Both the position numbers and the translations under genes were made by a program. A DNA stretch of 64,000 nt from an uncultured Methanosarcinaceae archaeon (GTDB taxonomy: Archaea > Halobacteriota > Methanosarcinia > Methanosarcinales > Methanosarcinaceae): NCBI GenBank assembly GCA_963733675.1, contig CAVTET010000004.1:256001-320000 (forward strand), written 5' to 3'. Within the stretch, counting starts at the first letter, position 1; each line of letters starts with the position of its first letter. Below the pieces are notes generated by a model. The model ran no database searches and was not told the origin of the DNA. It worked only from the letters and a program-made list of their open reading frames with translations. Of this stretch, positions 1 to 10,552 are shown one piece after another.

Positions 1-1298
1 TCTGAATCTGTAATTTCCAACTCCATGGGATCCCAAACAAAGAAATAGCGATTTGCAATTGCATCCACTATTTTACGGTTTTCGGCATATAGAGACTCCA
101 TACTTAGACTTACATCAGTAGTTCCGACCCCCATATCTATCATGAACTTTTTAAGGGCTTCAGCCTTTATTCCTCGCCTGCGAAATGCCCGGATTGTGGG
201 CAATCTGGGATCATCCCAACTACTGTATTCTCCGTTTTCAATAGCTTTTCGGAGGCTACTAGTACTGAATTTGCCGAACTCATAGATTTTAACCCTCCCC
301 CAATGAGTTGTTCTTGGATATTTCCAGCCAAAGTATTTGTAGATATAGCTCTGCCTTTTTTCGCTGTCCATAAGGTCTTTTCCCCGGATGATATGGGTCA
401 TACCTAGTTCGTGATCTTCTATAGCTCCTGCAAAATCCAGAAGTGGCCAGACACAGTATTTATTTCCGATCACAGATCTTGGGTGGGCCATCTTTCTTAT
501 CCTGAATGCTCCCCAATCTCGCAAAGCAGGATCCTTGTGTTCGATATCAGTTTTTATTCGTAGAACAGCCTGGTGGTCTTCATACTCTCCAGCAAGCATT
601 TTCTCCCAGTGCCTTAGATTTTCTTCAAGGCCCACTTCCCTATGCGGACAGGCTTTTTTGGCATTCTTCAATTCTTTAAAATATTCTCCTTTACAAAAAC
701 AGACATAGGCTTTGCTCATTTCAATAAGCTTTCTCGCATAATCATAATAGAGTGGGAAATGGTCAGAAGTATAGATCACCTGATTAGGTACAACCCCGAG
801 CCACCTGAAATCGTCAAGATACCATTCATATGCTTCAAGCATCGGCCTTTTTATGTCAGGATCAGTATCATCGAAACGTAGAATGAATTTCCCTTTATAC
901 ATCTTCACATATTCGGAATTAACTACCATGCCTCTTGCGCTGCCCAGGGTTGCTGGTCCATTGGGATTTGGGGCAAAACGCATTACTACCTTGCCTATTT
1001 CGGCTCCTTCCAGAGGTTTTAAGCCTTTATAAGGATCTTTCTTCACACTCAGGGCTTCTATCAGTTCAGGTGCAATTTTAAAAAGTCTGGATTTCCAGGC
1101 TTCAGGATTTTCTTTTACGATTTTGGAAATGATGCCTTCAAGAGCTTCAGACATTGCACTGGGATCGGATCGGAGTTGAGGGAACTCACCCATTAACTTG
1201 CCCATCACAGATTTGAGCTGTGGAGCTTGCCCATATTTTACAGCATTTTGCAAGGCGTATTTTTCTATTGTTTCAAGGTCTTCAGGACTTAAGGTCAT
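1..1298 (-). CDS. gltX: Glutamate--tRNA ligase (5' part; runs off left edge of window)
   Basis: Manual translation from ATG at 1298: MTLSPEDLETIEKYALQNAVKYG...VVMRFAPNPNGPATLGSARG...LRFDDTDP...THIIRGKDL...KFSTS...WDDPRLPT; absent from ORF track because its stop lies outside the window. Confidence 0.95.
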   Translation of the reverse strand, partial: MTLSPEDLETIEKYALQNAVKYGQAPQLKSVMGKLMGEFPQLRSDPSAMSEALEGIISKIVKENPEAWKSRLFKIAPELIEALSVKKDPYKGLKPLEGAEIGKVVMRFAPNPNGPATLGSARGMVVNSEYVKMYKGKFILRFDDTDPDIKRPMLEAYEWYLDDFRWLGVVPNQVIYTSDHFPLYYDYARKLIEMSKAYVCFCKGEYFKELKNAKKACPHREVGLEENLRHWEKMLAGEYEDHQAVLRIKTDIEHKDPALRDWGAFRIRKMAHPRSVIGNKYCVWPLLDFAGAIEDHELGMTHIIRGKDLMDSEKRQSYIYKYFGWKYPRTTHWGRVKIYEFGKFSTSSLRKAIENGEYSSWDDPRLPTIRAFRRRGIKAEALKKFMIDMGVGTTDVSLSMESLYAENRKIVDAIANRYFFVWDPMELEITDS

Positions 1299-1527
1299 AG
1301 GAGTTTCTCCAAAGTAAACGTTGATTGAATTAGATAAAAATGTAGGTCAAATTTAATTGAGTTAAACTAACGAAGAAGTAAATATTCCATGAGACAATTT
1401 CATAAGTTGAATTCAATAATTGCGGAAAAAATGTGAATAAAATTATAAAAAATCACCGAAAACTCAAATCCCACAACATATACAAGTAAAATTCCCTTTT
1501 TTTGAAGTGTGTTATGCAAGTAAGAGC

Positions 1528-1836
1528 CTATTTTTGAATGGAAGCTTCGATTTCCAGGATGCGTGAAACCTTGCTATTGATTTTATCAAGCTCACATTCA
1601 AACTCCTGTAGGAACCTCTGGACAGCATCCCCTGGTACTGCGCCCTGGGCTGAGGGCTTTATAAGATTAGCTTGTTCAAGGACCCTGAGAGAGTAGCGCA
1701 CTTTATGGTTCTGCATTCCGGTAATTTCTGCAAGTTTCAGAATTCCGATCGGAGCTTCTTCGATCACTCTTTTGAGCACCAGAAGGTGACGTTCGGTAAG
1801 GTCAAGTTCAGCTCCGATATTCTCAAGCAGCATCAT
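1528..1836 (-). CDS. Winged-helix DNA-binding protein, conserved in methanogens
   Basis: 102 aa, PIGILKLAEITGMQNHKVRYSLRVLEQANLI HTH-like; overlaps upstream gene by 4 bp. Confidence 0.75.
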   Translation of the reverse strand: MMLLENIGAELDLTERHLLVLKRVIEEAPIGILKLAEITGMQNHKVRYSLRVLEQANLIKPSAQGAVPGDAVQRFLQEFECELDKINSKVSRILEIEASIQK

Positions 1837-2567
1837 AAAACCTCGTTTCTAAGTATTCCGATTCCCTGGATTTCCACTTCCACAGTATCCATCCGCTGCA
1901 GTTCTCCAACGCCTGAAGGCGTCCCTGTGGTAATTATATCTCCTACCTCAAAGGTCATTATTTCACTTATGAATTCAATGAGGTAAGGAATGTCAAAAAT
2001 AAGATTTGAGGTACTGGACTCCTGTTTGAGTTCTCCATTTACCCTGCAGGCAATTTTTGCATCCTTAATATCCAGTTCCTCTGGAGACGCCAAGTAAGGC
2101 CCGAATGCTGCAAAGGTATCAAAACTTTTTGCCCTTGTCCACTGTCCATCCTTCTGCTGGAGATCCCGCGCAGTAACATCGTTAAAACAGGTATACCCCG
2201 CAATTACGTCCTCAGCCTTTGAAGCTGATATATTTTTGCAACGCTTACCGATAACAACTGCAAGCTCTGCCTCATAATCTATTCTTGAACTGGATGCCGG
2301 ATAAATGATCTTGTCTTCATGCCCGATAACTGACGACGGCGGCTTTAAAAAGAGGACCGGATTTTTCGGTATTTCCATGGAAAGCTCTCTGGCATGATCC
2401 AGGTAATTAAGGCCAACACATACAATTTTCGACGGTGATGCAGGAGGTAGAACACGAAGCTCCGAAAGTTCGTAGATCCCTATGTGAATATCTCCTTTAG
2501 GGTATACGCGTCCATTGTCTATTTCTCCATAAAAGATCTCATCTCCTAATCTGAACTTTCCAATCAT
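1833..2567 (-). CDS. Fumarylacetoacetate hydrolase family protein
   Basis: KIVCVGLNYLDHA, DYEAELAVVIGK, NDVTARDLQ, KSFDTF, TGTPSGVG motifs. Confidence 0.93.
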   Translation of the reverse strand: MIGKFRLGDEIFYGEIDNGRVYPKGDIHIGIYELSELRVLPPASPSKIVCVGLNYLDHARELSMEIPKNPVLFLKPPSSVIGHEDKIIYPASSSRIDYEAELAVVIGKRCKNISASKAEDVIAGYTCFNDVTARDLQQKDGQWTRAKSFDTFAAFGPYLASPEELDIKDAKIACRVNGELKQESSTSNLIFDIPYLIEFISEIMTFEVGDIITTGTPSGVGELQRMDTVEVEIQGIGILRNEVL

Positions 2568-2634
2568 ATCCTTGAATTCTCCTACTTTTTAAAATTTTTT
2601 AGCCTGCTCTCCTTTTTAAGGGATATATCGAAAC

Positions 2635-3414
2635 TTAAATTTTAACCCTTCGGCCACTGGCATCCCTGTCATATCTTCCAAATTCAGAGTCCAGGAGCTG
2701 CACGCCTGAAAAAACCGGCCCTTCCTTGCAAACCCTGGACCCTGACCTGTCTATGCAGCATGATCCACAGATTCCGATGCCACATTTGAAATAACGTTGG
2801 AGGCTAAATTCCGTTTTTTCAAGAACTTTTCTATCCTTAATAAGCCTGAAGACAGAAACCATCATTAATTCCTTGCCACAAATCAAAATCTTGTCATAAA
2901 CCGACAAATCGAGCTCCTTGAAAACATCGGTCACAAATCCCTTTGTACCTTTTGAGCCGTCATCCGTCGAAATATAAACCTTTCCTACTTTTAAAAAACG
3001 TTTTTCAAAAATCAGTTCATCTGCACTTCTGGCTCCAAGGATCGTATGCACCTCAGAGCCAGCGGCATAAGCTGCTTCTGCGAAAGGAGAAAGAGGAGCA
3101 GCTCCGACACCACCTGCAATAATCAGAATTTTTTCGTTCTTAGAAGGAAGAGAAAAGCCTCTCCCGAAAGGCCCCCTAAGTCCAAAAGAATCCCCTTCCT
3201 TCAGCTCAAAAAGTTTTGAGGTTGTCTCCCCCACTTTCAGAACAGTTATAGAGTTTATCCTAGAGAGCCCCATGGGTACCTCGTCTATGCCCCTTACCCA
3301 AACCATTATGAACTGGCCTGGTTTCATAGTTTCGAAATGAAGATCAAAGAAAAATGTCCTGACAAAAGGAGATTCTTCAGTTATTTGTAGTATTGTAGCA
3401 TTAAGAGGAAGCAT
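2635..3414 (-). CDS. pyrK: Dihydroorotate dehydrogenase electron transfer subunit
   Basis: PGQFIMVW, GGVGAAP, CGIGICGSC...RVCKEGPVF 2Fe-2S motif; adjacent to pyrD. Confidence 0.93.
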   Translation of the reverse strand: MLPLNATILQITEESPFVRTFFFDLHFETMKPGQFIMVWVRGIDEVPMGLSRINSITVLKVGETTSKLFELKEGDSFGLRGPFGRGFSLPSKNEKILIIAGGVGAAPLSPFAEAAYAAGSEVHTILGARSADELIFEKRFLKVGKVYISTDDGSKGTKGFVTDVFKELDLSVYDKILICGKELMMVSVFRLIKDRKVLEKTEFSLQRYFKCGIGICGSCCIDRSGSRVCKEGPVFSGVQLLDSEFGRYDRDASGRRVKI

Positions 3415-4319
3415 CAGACCATCTCATGAGAAAGTCCTATTAATTCTTTTACATCCGAATAATTTTTCCTTTGCAGAAAAGTTTTGATCCCTTTATTAAT
3501 TTCATAGAATATATCAATCCTTTCGTACACTGCAGATCCAACCTGTACTGCTGCTGCACCTGCCATCATCATTTCTACAGCATCCTGCCAGCAAGAAACC
3601 CCTCCTACTCCTATGATAGGAATTTTGAGAGTAGTGTACAGGTCATAGATACATTTGACAGCTATAGGCTTGACAGCCTTTCCTGAGAGCCCGCCTGAAC
3701 GATTCCCAAGAATAGGATACCCTGATTCGATATCAATAGCCATTCCTTTTAAAGTGTTTATTGCGACAACAGCATCCGCACCCCCAGATTCAGCTGCAGT
3801 CCCTACACACGTAATATCAGAAACATTGGGAGTAAGCTTAACCCAAACAGGTACGTTCACTATATCTTTCACTGCAGCTGTGATTGCTTCTACAAGGCAT
3901 GCGTTCGAGCCAACAGCAGCCCCATATCCCTCTGAATGAGGGCAGCTCACATTAAGTTCAAAGGCATCGGGTTTGCCAGGGAGCAAACCTTCTGCAACTT
4001 CCATAAATTCAACTACAGTTCCGCCGAAGATGCTTGCAATTACCGGAACCCCTGAATACTTTTTTGCAATTTTGAGTTCCTGCAGGAAGTCCGAATAGGA
4101 AGGATTTGGGAGTCCCATAGCATTCAAAAAACCACCATCAAGCTGGACAATGGTCGGATTTGAATGCCCTTTTTTAGGCATAGAACCTATTGATTTTGTC
4201 ACAACCGCATCTGCTCCTCCTTCAAGTGCAACCCTGCACAGAGATGCTCCGGTTGTGCCAAGAATGCCAGCTGCAAGAATGGTCGGATTTTTCATTTTAA
4301 GTCCAGTAAGAGTATACAT
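3414..4319 (-). CDS. pyrD: Dihydroorotate dehydrogenase catalytic subunit (start set at MYTLTG)
   Basis: NAMGLPNP, ELNVSCPH, VKLTPNV, GGLSGKAVKP motifs. Confidence 0.95.
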   Translation of the reverse strand: MYTLTGLKMKNPTILAAGILGTTGASLCRVALEGGADAVVTKSIGSMPKKGHSNPTIVQLDGGFLNAMGLPNPSYSDFLQELKIAKKYSGVPVIASIFGGTVVEFMEVAEGLLPGKPDAFELNVSCPHSEGYGAAVGSNACLVEAITAAVKDIVNVPVWVKLTPNVSDITCVGTAAESGGADAVVAINTLKGMAIDIESGYPILGNRSGGLSGKAVKPIAVKCIYDLYTTLKIPIIGVGGVSCWQDAVEMMMAGAAAVQVGSAVYERIDIFYEINKGIKTFLQRKNYSDVKELIGLSHEMV

Positions 4320-4353
4320 TATAATTCCTTTTCTGATCTTGCAGGTTATATCT

Positions 4354-5304
4354 TTAGTCGCATGAATCGCCAAAGTTGTACGAATCTCTTGAAATCTGCA
4401 GGAGGGCTTCTTCAGCCAGTTTCCTGCCGCCCATCTTCACAAGGCTTTGTCCAAGTTCCTTGGCTTTTTCAATACCTCCGAACATAGGGATAAAATCATC
4501 TATTCTAATAGTTTCCTGTCCGTCTAGGGAGAGAACCTCAGCTCGGACACTGATTTGTTTTCCATAAGGTGCAATTTCGGCATAGGAGCCTAAGGGAGTA
4601 GTACAGCCCCCCCCAAGTTCTGAAATCAGGATACGCTCGATTTCAGTAACAATCCTGCTTTCTGGATGATCAAGTTTAGAAACGGCAATTTCAGCTTCAG
4701 TGCCTGCCTTTGTGACTACTGCAACCGTACCCTGGTTAGGGGAGGGGCAGAAGAGTTCAGGGGAAAGAATTTCCCCTTCAACCCCCCAACCCAAGCGTTC
4801 AAGCCCGGCTTTTGCAAGCAGTATACCGTCGTATTGTCCTTCCCTGAGCTTCCTGAGCCTTGTATCAATATTGCCCCTTAAGTCCTGGATGATAAGGTCA
4901 GGCCTGTAGCGCTTTATTTGAGCAGCCCTTCTCAGAGAACTGGTCCCTATAATAGATTGCTCGGATAGTTCATCAAGTGTAGTCCCATCATAAGTGAGAA
5001 GAATATCAAATGGTGTATCACGCTTCATAACTGCAGCCGTTGAGAGTAAATCTGGGCGAACAGTAGGGATATCCTTCATGGAATGGACAGCTATGTCGAT
5101 TTTTTCTGCCAGAATAACATCATCCAGCTCCCTGACAAAAGCCCCAAATCCACTTGATACGGCGTGCAAAGGACGGTCAGTAAATAGATCTCCGCTAGTA
5201 TGTATAATCTTCAAGCTGGTTTCAAACCCCAAGTCTTTCAAAAGGTGGGCAACTTTTTCGGCCTGTGCAAGCGCAAGCTTGCTGCCCCGCGTACCTATGA
5301 TCAT
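4354..5304 (-). CDS. hemC: Porphobilinogen deaminase
   Basis: IGTRGSKLALAQA, AVHSMKD, GTSSLRR, RGNIDTRL, GGCTTP. Confidence 0.97.
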   Translation of the reverse strand: MIIGTRGSKLALAQAEKVAHLLKDLGFETSLKIIHTSGDLFTDRPLHAVSSGFGAFVRELDDVILAEKIDIAVHSMKDIPTVRPDLLSTAAVMKRDTPFDILLTYDGTTLDELSEQSIIGTSSLRRAAQIKRYRPDLIIQDLRGNIDTRLRKLREGQYDGILLAKAGLERLGWGVEGEILSPELFCPSPNQGTVAVVTKAGTEAEIAVSKLDHPESRIVTEIERILISELGGGCTTPLGSYAEIAPYGKQISVRAEVLSLDGQETIRIDDFIPMFGGIEKAKELGQSLVKMGGRKLAEEALLQISRDSYNFGDSCD

Positions 5305-5319
5305 TTAGAATCCTCTTTT

Positions 5320-6612
5320 TCAAAGATGCGAATCTATTAAGAGATTTTCAGCGTATACTTCGAGGGTGTTTTCGATATCTTCTTCACTATGAGCTGCAGA
5401 GATGAAATTAGTCTCGAACTGAGAGGGAGGGAGGAAAATTCCACTTTCAAGCATCCTATGGAAGAAAGCAAGGTAGCCTTCCTTATCACACTTCAAAACT
5501 TCTTGGTAGTTATGAGGTTCTGCTCCGAAGAAAATCTTGAACATGGAAGAAAGCCCACATACATTATAATCAAGACCTAAATCTTCAACAATTTTTGAGA
5601 GAGAATCCCTTAGATAATTGCCTTTTGAATTTAGTTTCTCATGAATATTTTCCTGTTTAAGATAATCAAGCATGGCAATACCAGCAGCCATCGAACATGG
5701 GCTTCCACTGAAAGTTCCTGCCTGGTAGATAGCCCCGGATGGGGAAATCATTTCCATAATTTCTCGCCGGCCTCCAAAAACCCCTATAGGCAAGCCTCCA
5801 CCTATGATCTTTCCCATAGTGGTTATATCCGGAATGACGCCGAAGTATTCCTGTGCCCCTCCCATTGCGAGCCTGAACCCTGTAATAACCTCATCGAAAA
5901 TAAGAAGTACGTCATTTTCCAGGGTGAGTTTCCTGAGTTCCTCAAGGTATCCATTCATAGGTAGAACAGGACCCACATTCCCAAGAATGGGTTCAATTAT
6001 AACTGCAGCCATATCGTCCTTATTCTTTTCTACGAGGCCAGCCATTGCTTCAATATCGTTGTAAGGAGCCTGGAGGGTATATTTCGTGAAACCTGCAGGG
6101 ATGCCAAGGGAATCAGGCTCGCCCATGGTTGTAGCTCCAGAACCTGCTTTTACAAGAACCGCATCATGGGCACCGTGGAATCCACCTTCTATTTTAACAA
6201 ATTTGTTTCTGCCTGTAAAGCCGCGGGCAAGGCGAAGGGCACTCATAGTTGCTTCGGTCCCTGTAGAAACAAAACGAAGCATATCAATACTTGGATAATA
6301 CCCTATAATCTTCTCTGCCAGTGTTACTTCAAGCTCTATGGGAGTCCCATAAAGCCAGCCTTTATCGAACTGAGATTTAATGGTTTCCTTTATTAGAGGA
6401 TGATTATGCCCAAGTATCAAAGGGCCATAAGCCATACAGTAATCAATGTACTCGTTACCGTCAATGTCCCTTATTTTGGAACCATCAGCTGAAGCTGTAT
6501 AGAAAGGATAAGGCTTAATTGCGCGCACAGGACTGCTTACCCCACCAGGAATAAGGAGCTTTGCTTTCTCATACATCTTTCTGGACTTCTCAAACGTTAG
6601 CTCAGATATCAT
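5320..6612 (-). CDS. hemL: Glutamate-1-semialdehyde 2,1-aminomutase
   Basis: [49 protein letters not shown]. Confidence 0.97.
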   Translation of the reverse strand: MISELTFEKSRKMYEKAKLLIPGGVSSPVRAIKPYPFYTASADGSKIRDIDGNEYIDYCMAYGPLILGHNHPLIKETIKSQFDKGWLYGTPIELEVTLAEKIIGYYPSIDMLRFVSTGTEATMSALRLARGFTGRNKFVKIEGGFHGAHDAVLVKAGSGATTMGEPDSLGIPAGFTKYTLQAPYNDIEAMAGLVEKNKDDMAAVIIEPILGNVGPVLPMNGYLEELRKLTLENDVLLIFDEVITGFRLAMGGAQEYFGVIPDITTMGKIIGGGLPIGVFGGRREIMEMISPSGAIYQAGTFSGSPCSMAAGIAMLDYLKQENIHEKLNSKGNYLRDSLSKIVEDLGLDYNVCGLSSMFKIFFGAEPHNYQEVLKCDKEGYLAFFHRMLESGIFLPPSQFETNFISAAHSEEDIENTLEVYAENLLIDSHL

Positions 6613-6693
6613 GAATTCTCACCTATTTGACTGAAAACATTCAATCTTGTAATCTATAAATTAAAAGAAAAAATTTAATTCCTACTAGAATTA

Positions 6694-6806
6694 GGGCGTG
6701 GCATTGAATCAGTGATTAGATCTGAAAAACGAGTATTTCCCCCATTTTTTGGAGAATGTATATAGAGTCTAATGTTTATGATTTTCAACAACTCATGAAC
6801 ACGACC
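6694..6806. mobile_element. MITE-like element copy A (~113 bp)
   Basis: Ends GGGCGTG...CACGACC; aligns along its length with 54169-54279. Confidence 0.6.
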
Positions 6807-7231
6807 TGAAATTATTAAAATGAATTATTAAACTGAAATCTGGGTTTGCTGAATTTTTGAGTAAAGGTAGTTTCACTTCTTTGATGTCTTTCTATTTCTA
6901 TCTTTAGAAGAGAGTCACCTACTATTATAGTTTTCACTTAAATTGATCACATTTATAAAAAAAGTTGTATTCATGCAAAGATCTGAAAAATATCGTATTG
7001 AACAAAAAATTTCTTTCAACCACTTGATTGGTGCATAAGGGATAACAGAATACTAGATTTCAACAGAAGTAAGAGAATATTTGATAAACCCTAAATTTTG
7101 TCATATACTTATAAATGGTATATAAATAACTACAATAAATACCTGTATTGTTTATGGGTGTCATTTAATATTACTTGAAAATTAAATAATATTATTCCAG
7201 TAAAATAATAATCAGATAATTATTCTATGAT

Positions 7232-7886
7232 TTTGCAAGACAATCACATGCGTACCAAATTCGATACAAATGAATATGCGTTCTATACCGATAACAAGAA
7301 TCAGGGAAGTTTCGTCAATGATCAGGCCGGTATCAGAACTATTGTAAAGAGTAGTGCACGGAATGACAGGGAATATTCGAGCTGAGATTTGAAGACGAAC
7401 GCTACTCGTCTTTTGAGTGTACAGATGCTATTAGCTCATGGAAACTACAAATGAATCCTGTATATTCGCAGTTTGATTACAACACTATCAGCGATGTTAT
7501 TATACACATGCAGTACACGGCTAGGGATGGAGGAGAAGACCTTAGGACAGCGCAATAAAAACCGTAAAAAGAATCTCAAGGATTTTGCTTTGGTGGAAAA
7601 CCGAAGTGGATTATATCTTTTGATCAGTTCCCGACACGAATTTGGCACCAACTGGCAAAAGTTTCTCAATTCTGAGTCTGGAAAGCTTCAGAAACTTTCG
7701 ATTAATATAGCATCGGATAGATTTCCGTTTTTTACAAACGGCTTGAATATCACGATAAAGGGTATCGACTTTGCAGCTAAACTTTCTGATTCATATACCC
7801 TCATCGAAACACTGCCTGGTGAAGATGAGACTACAGGAACCATGGAAGTAAATAAAGAAATCCTAGGTTATCTGCATCACTATTGA
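7232..7886 (+). pseudogene. Remnant of Tc toxin subunit A-like protein, C-terminal (TcB-binding) region
   Basis: Frameshifted translation ...IRTIVKSSARND/GIFELRFEDERYSSFECTDAISSWKLQMNPVYSQFDYNTISDVIIHMQYTARDGG.../LISSRHEFGTNWQKFL...DRFPFF resembles the FELxFxDERYLPFEGxGAISxW...FDYxTISDVILHxxYTAR motif. Confidence 0.8.
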
Positions 7887-8165
7887 AAGAAAACTATATT
7901 GGTTCATCACCAACGAGAAGATATACATCACCATCAATACAATTGCATAAAACTTAAAACAGTACTTTTTACTAACTCAAAATAATGTATATTTCAAATG
8001 GTTGATTATATCATTGCATAATAGAAATTTTTCATGATATTTCATCAAAAAAAATATGATATCCTATTTTATAAACATAATGGTTTACATAATGCAGTTT
8101 CATTTTTATAGTACTAACGTAGCCTAAAACATAAATCCGTCCGTTAATAAAGGCTCTGTGGAAAG

Positions 8166-8206
8166 TTTCCATCCCCGCAGCAATTTGATGGGAATTCAAC
8201 TGGAAT
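8166..8206. repeat. Short REP-like dispersed repeat, degenerate copy
   Basis: TTTCCATCCCCGCAGCAATTTGATGGGAATTCAACT aligns with 27971-28013. Confidence 0.5.
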
Positions 8207-8447
8207 ACAGTCTTCGGTCTTCTAGTCGGATGCAGACTTAATGATATTCTTTTTAAAAAGTATCCATCTGAAATGACAGAATATTAATATTACTTTATTA
8301 ATATGACTTTTCAAGTTTCAATTTCACTAACTTTCGGTAAAATTAAATTCCACCCAATTCATCCCCATATCTGATTATTACTTCCTAATATCGTTAATTT
8401 GCAAATATCATTAAACCTTGACTGCTATTAACATAAACCATTAATCT

Positions 8448-9500
8448 ATGATTACCATGACAAATGCACCAAAGCTTATTGCATGGGAACTGACTGCAGG
8501 TTGTAACCTTAACTGCATACACTGCAGGGGAGCTTCCACTTCTTCAGTTCCAGCAGGTGAGCTCACAACTGATGAAGCTAAACATTTCATTGATGAAGTT
8601 TCAGGACTTGGAAAACCAATTCTTATCCTGAGCGGAGGCGAGCCTCTCACCAGACCTGACGTTTTTGAGATCGCACTATACGGTACAGATTCTGGATTTC
8701 GCATCGTGCTTGCAACAAACGGCACTCTTCTTACTCCTGAAATTGTGAGGAAATTAAAAGAATCTGGGGTTCAGCGTCTCAGCATCAGTATCGATGGAGC
8801 AGCTGCAATATCTCATGATGAATTTCGAGGCAGGCCCGGAGCTTTTGAAAAAACGCTTGCTGGTATTGAAGTCCTTAGGAAAGCAGATTTTCCTTTCCAG
8901 ATCAACACAACGATTTCAGGTCGCAACCTTGAAGAAATTCCCAGGACCTTTGAGCTTGCAAAAAAGCTAGGTGCAGTTGCATATCATGTATTTTTCCTTG
9001 TGCCCACAGGAAGAGGCGAAGAATCCGATGAAGTCTCCCCCGAAGATTACGAAAGTATTCTGCACTGGCTCTATGATATGCAGAAAGAGTCCAAAATTCT
9101 GTTGAAAGCAACCTGTGCTCCCCATTATTTTAGGGTTATGCGTCAGCGGGCAAAAAAGGAAGGGATCGAAATATCGGTGAATACTCACGGTTACGAAGCA
9201 ATGACAAAAGGTTGCCTTGGAGGGACAAGTTTCTGTTTCGTATCCAGCGTAGGTGATATCTACCCCTGCGGCTACTTCCCAGTACTTGCTGGCAATATCA
9301 GGAAGCAACCTTTCAGAGATATCTGGAAAAATTCGGAGGTCTTCAGAAAACTAAGGGACCCAGAAGAACTGAAGGGTAAATGTGGTATATGTGAATATAA
9401 AACAGTATGTTCTGGCTGCAGAGCAAGAGCATATGCTGCTACAGGTGATTATCTCGATGAAGAGCCCTACTGTGTTTATAGTCCTGGAAAAAATAAGTGA
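8448..9500 (+). CDS. ahbD: AdoMet-dependent heme b synthase (radical SAM/SPASM)
   Basis: CNLNCIHC motif, KATCAPHYFR, SPASM cysteines; upstream of ahbAB. Confidence 0.92.
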   Translation: MITMTNAPKLIAWELTAGCNLNCIHCRGASTSSVPAGELTTDEAKHFIDEVSGLGKPILILSGGEPLTRPDVFEIALYGTDSGFRIVLATNGTLLTPEIVRKLKESGVQRLSISIDGAAAISHDEFRGRPGAFEKTLAGIEVLRKADFPFQINTTISGRNLEEIPRTFELAKKLGAVAYHVFFLVPTGRGEESDEVSPEDYESILHWLYDMQKESKILLKATCAPHYFRVMRQRAKKEGIEISVNTHGYEAMTKGCLGGTSFCFVSSVGDIYPCGYFPVLAGNIRKQPFRDIWKNSEVFRKLRDPEELKGKCGICEYKTVCSGCRARAYAATGDYLDEEPYCVYSPGKNK

Positions 9501-9505
9501 TCTGA

Positions 9506-10054
9506 ATGATTGAACTTGAAGATTGTAATAGTCGGCTCCAGCAAAAAAAGATCGATTTCAACTTTAAAATGGAACCTCATGGCGAGGAAATTCCTGAATT
9601 TGAAATTGATGAGACAGATAAGAGAATTCTGAACCTGATCCAGCAGGAGGTTCCCTTAGAAGTCGAGCCTTTTGAAGAGTTAGGTAAAATGCTAAATCTT
9701 TCTGAAACCGAGATTCTTGAAAGGCTGCGCAAACTCAATATGAAAGGAGCTGTAAGACGTATAGGACCTATCCTCAGCACTAGAAATATGGGAGGAGTAG
9801 GCACTCTTGTGGCTCTGCAGGTATCCGAAACTCGGATTGAAGAAGTTGCGAATTTCATTAATGAGTACCCTGAAGTTTCCCATAATTACCTCCGAAGTGC
9901 TGCAAAGTATAATCTCTGGTTTACACTTTCTGCTCCTGATAAAGATAGACTTGAAGATATCATTTCCGATATTCGAGAAAAAACAGGCTGCCCACTATTA
10001 AACCTCCCTACAAAGCGTCTTTTCAAAATAAATGTAAAATTTGATATCAGGTGA
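9506..10054 (+). CDS. ahbA: Siroheme decarboxylase subunit alpha (start may be further downstream)
   Basis: Lrp/AsnC fold, RRIGP, VSHNYLR, YNLWFT. Confidence 0.9.
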   Translation: MIELEDCNSRLQQKKIDFNFKMEPHGEEIPEFEIDETDKRILNLIQQEVPLEVEPFEELGKMLNLSETEILERLRKLNMKGAVRRIGPILSTRNMGGVGTLVALQVSETRIEEVANFINEYPEVSHNYLRSAAKYNLWFTLSAPDKDRLEDIISDIREKTGCPLLNLPTKRLFKINVKFDIR

Positions 10055-10060
10055 AAAAAG

Positions 10061-10519
10061 ATGGATAAAACGGATGTAGAAATGCTCAAACTTGTGCAGG
10101 ATGGGATTCCACTAATTCATTCTCCATTCAGGCATCTTGCTGCTGAACTTGGAACAAATGAGCAGGAAGTTGTAGATAGGCTTAAAAATCTTCAGAAAGC
10201 TGGGAAAATTCGACGTTTTGCAGCTTCGATAGGCCATCGAGCAATAGGAATCACATCCAATGCTATGTGTGTCTGGAACGTTCCCAACGAGCAAATAGAA
10301 AAGGTAGGGGCAATAATGGCTGAATTTCCTGAAGTTACTCACTGCTATGAGCGCCCGCGCTATCCTGATTGGCCGTATAATCTGTTCACTATGGTTCATT
10401 CGTACACTCATGAAGATTGTGAAAAATTAGCTTCTAGGATTTCAGAAGCTACCGGAATTAAGGAATATACTCTATTGTTCAGTGAGCGGGAGTTTAAGAA
10501 AACAGGTGTCAAGCTGTGA
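10061..10519 (+). CDS. ahbB: Siroheme decarboxylase subunit beta
   Basis: IRRFAA, NAMCVW, VTHCYERP, WPYNLFTMVH, EFKKT. Confidence 0.93.
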   Translation: MDKTDVEMLKLVQDGIPLIHSPFRHLAAELGTNEQEVVDRLKNLQKAGKIRRFAASIGHRAIGITSNAMCVWNVPNEQIEKVGAIMAEFPEVTHCYERPRYPDWPYNLFTMVHSYTHEDCEKLASRISEATGIKEYTLLFSEREFKKTGVKL

Positions 10520-10552
10520 AGTAATATCTTTAAATATTTTCTCAGGAGGTTT

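Noticed and set aside
930-985. GltX has TLGS in place of the HIGH motif
   Set aside because: To my knowledge this variant is usual in Methanosarcinales GluRS; gene otherwise intact
3471-6396. Many plus-strand ORFs opposite pyrD/hemC/hemL (and similar shadows elsewhere)
   Set aside because: Antisense shadows of well-supported genes with no motifs
8448-9500. Radical SAM/SPASM enzymes as maturases for the Gly/Cys-rich peptide
   Set aside because: Sequence and context identify them as AhbD and AhbC of heme synthesis
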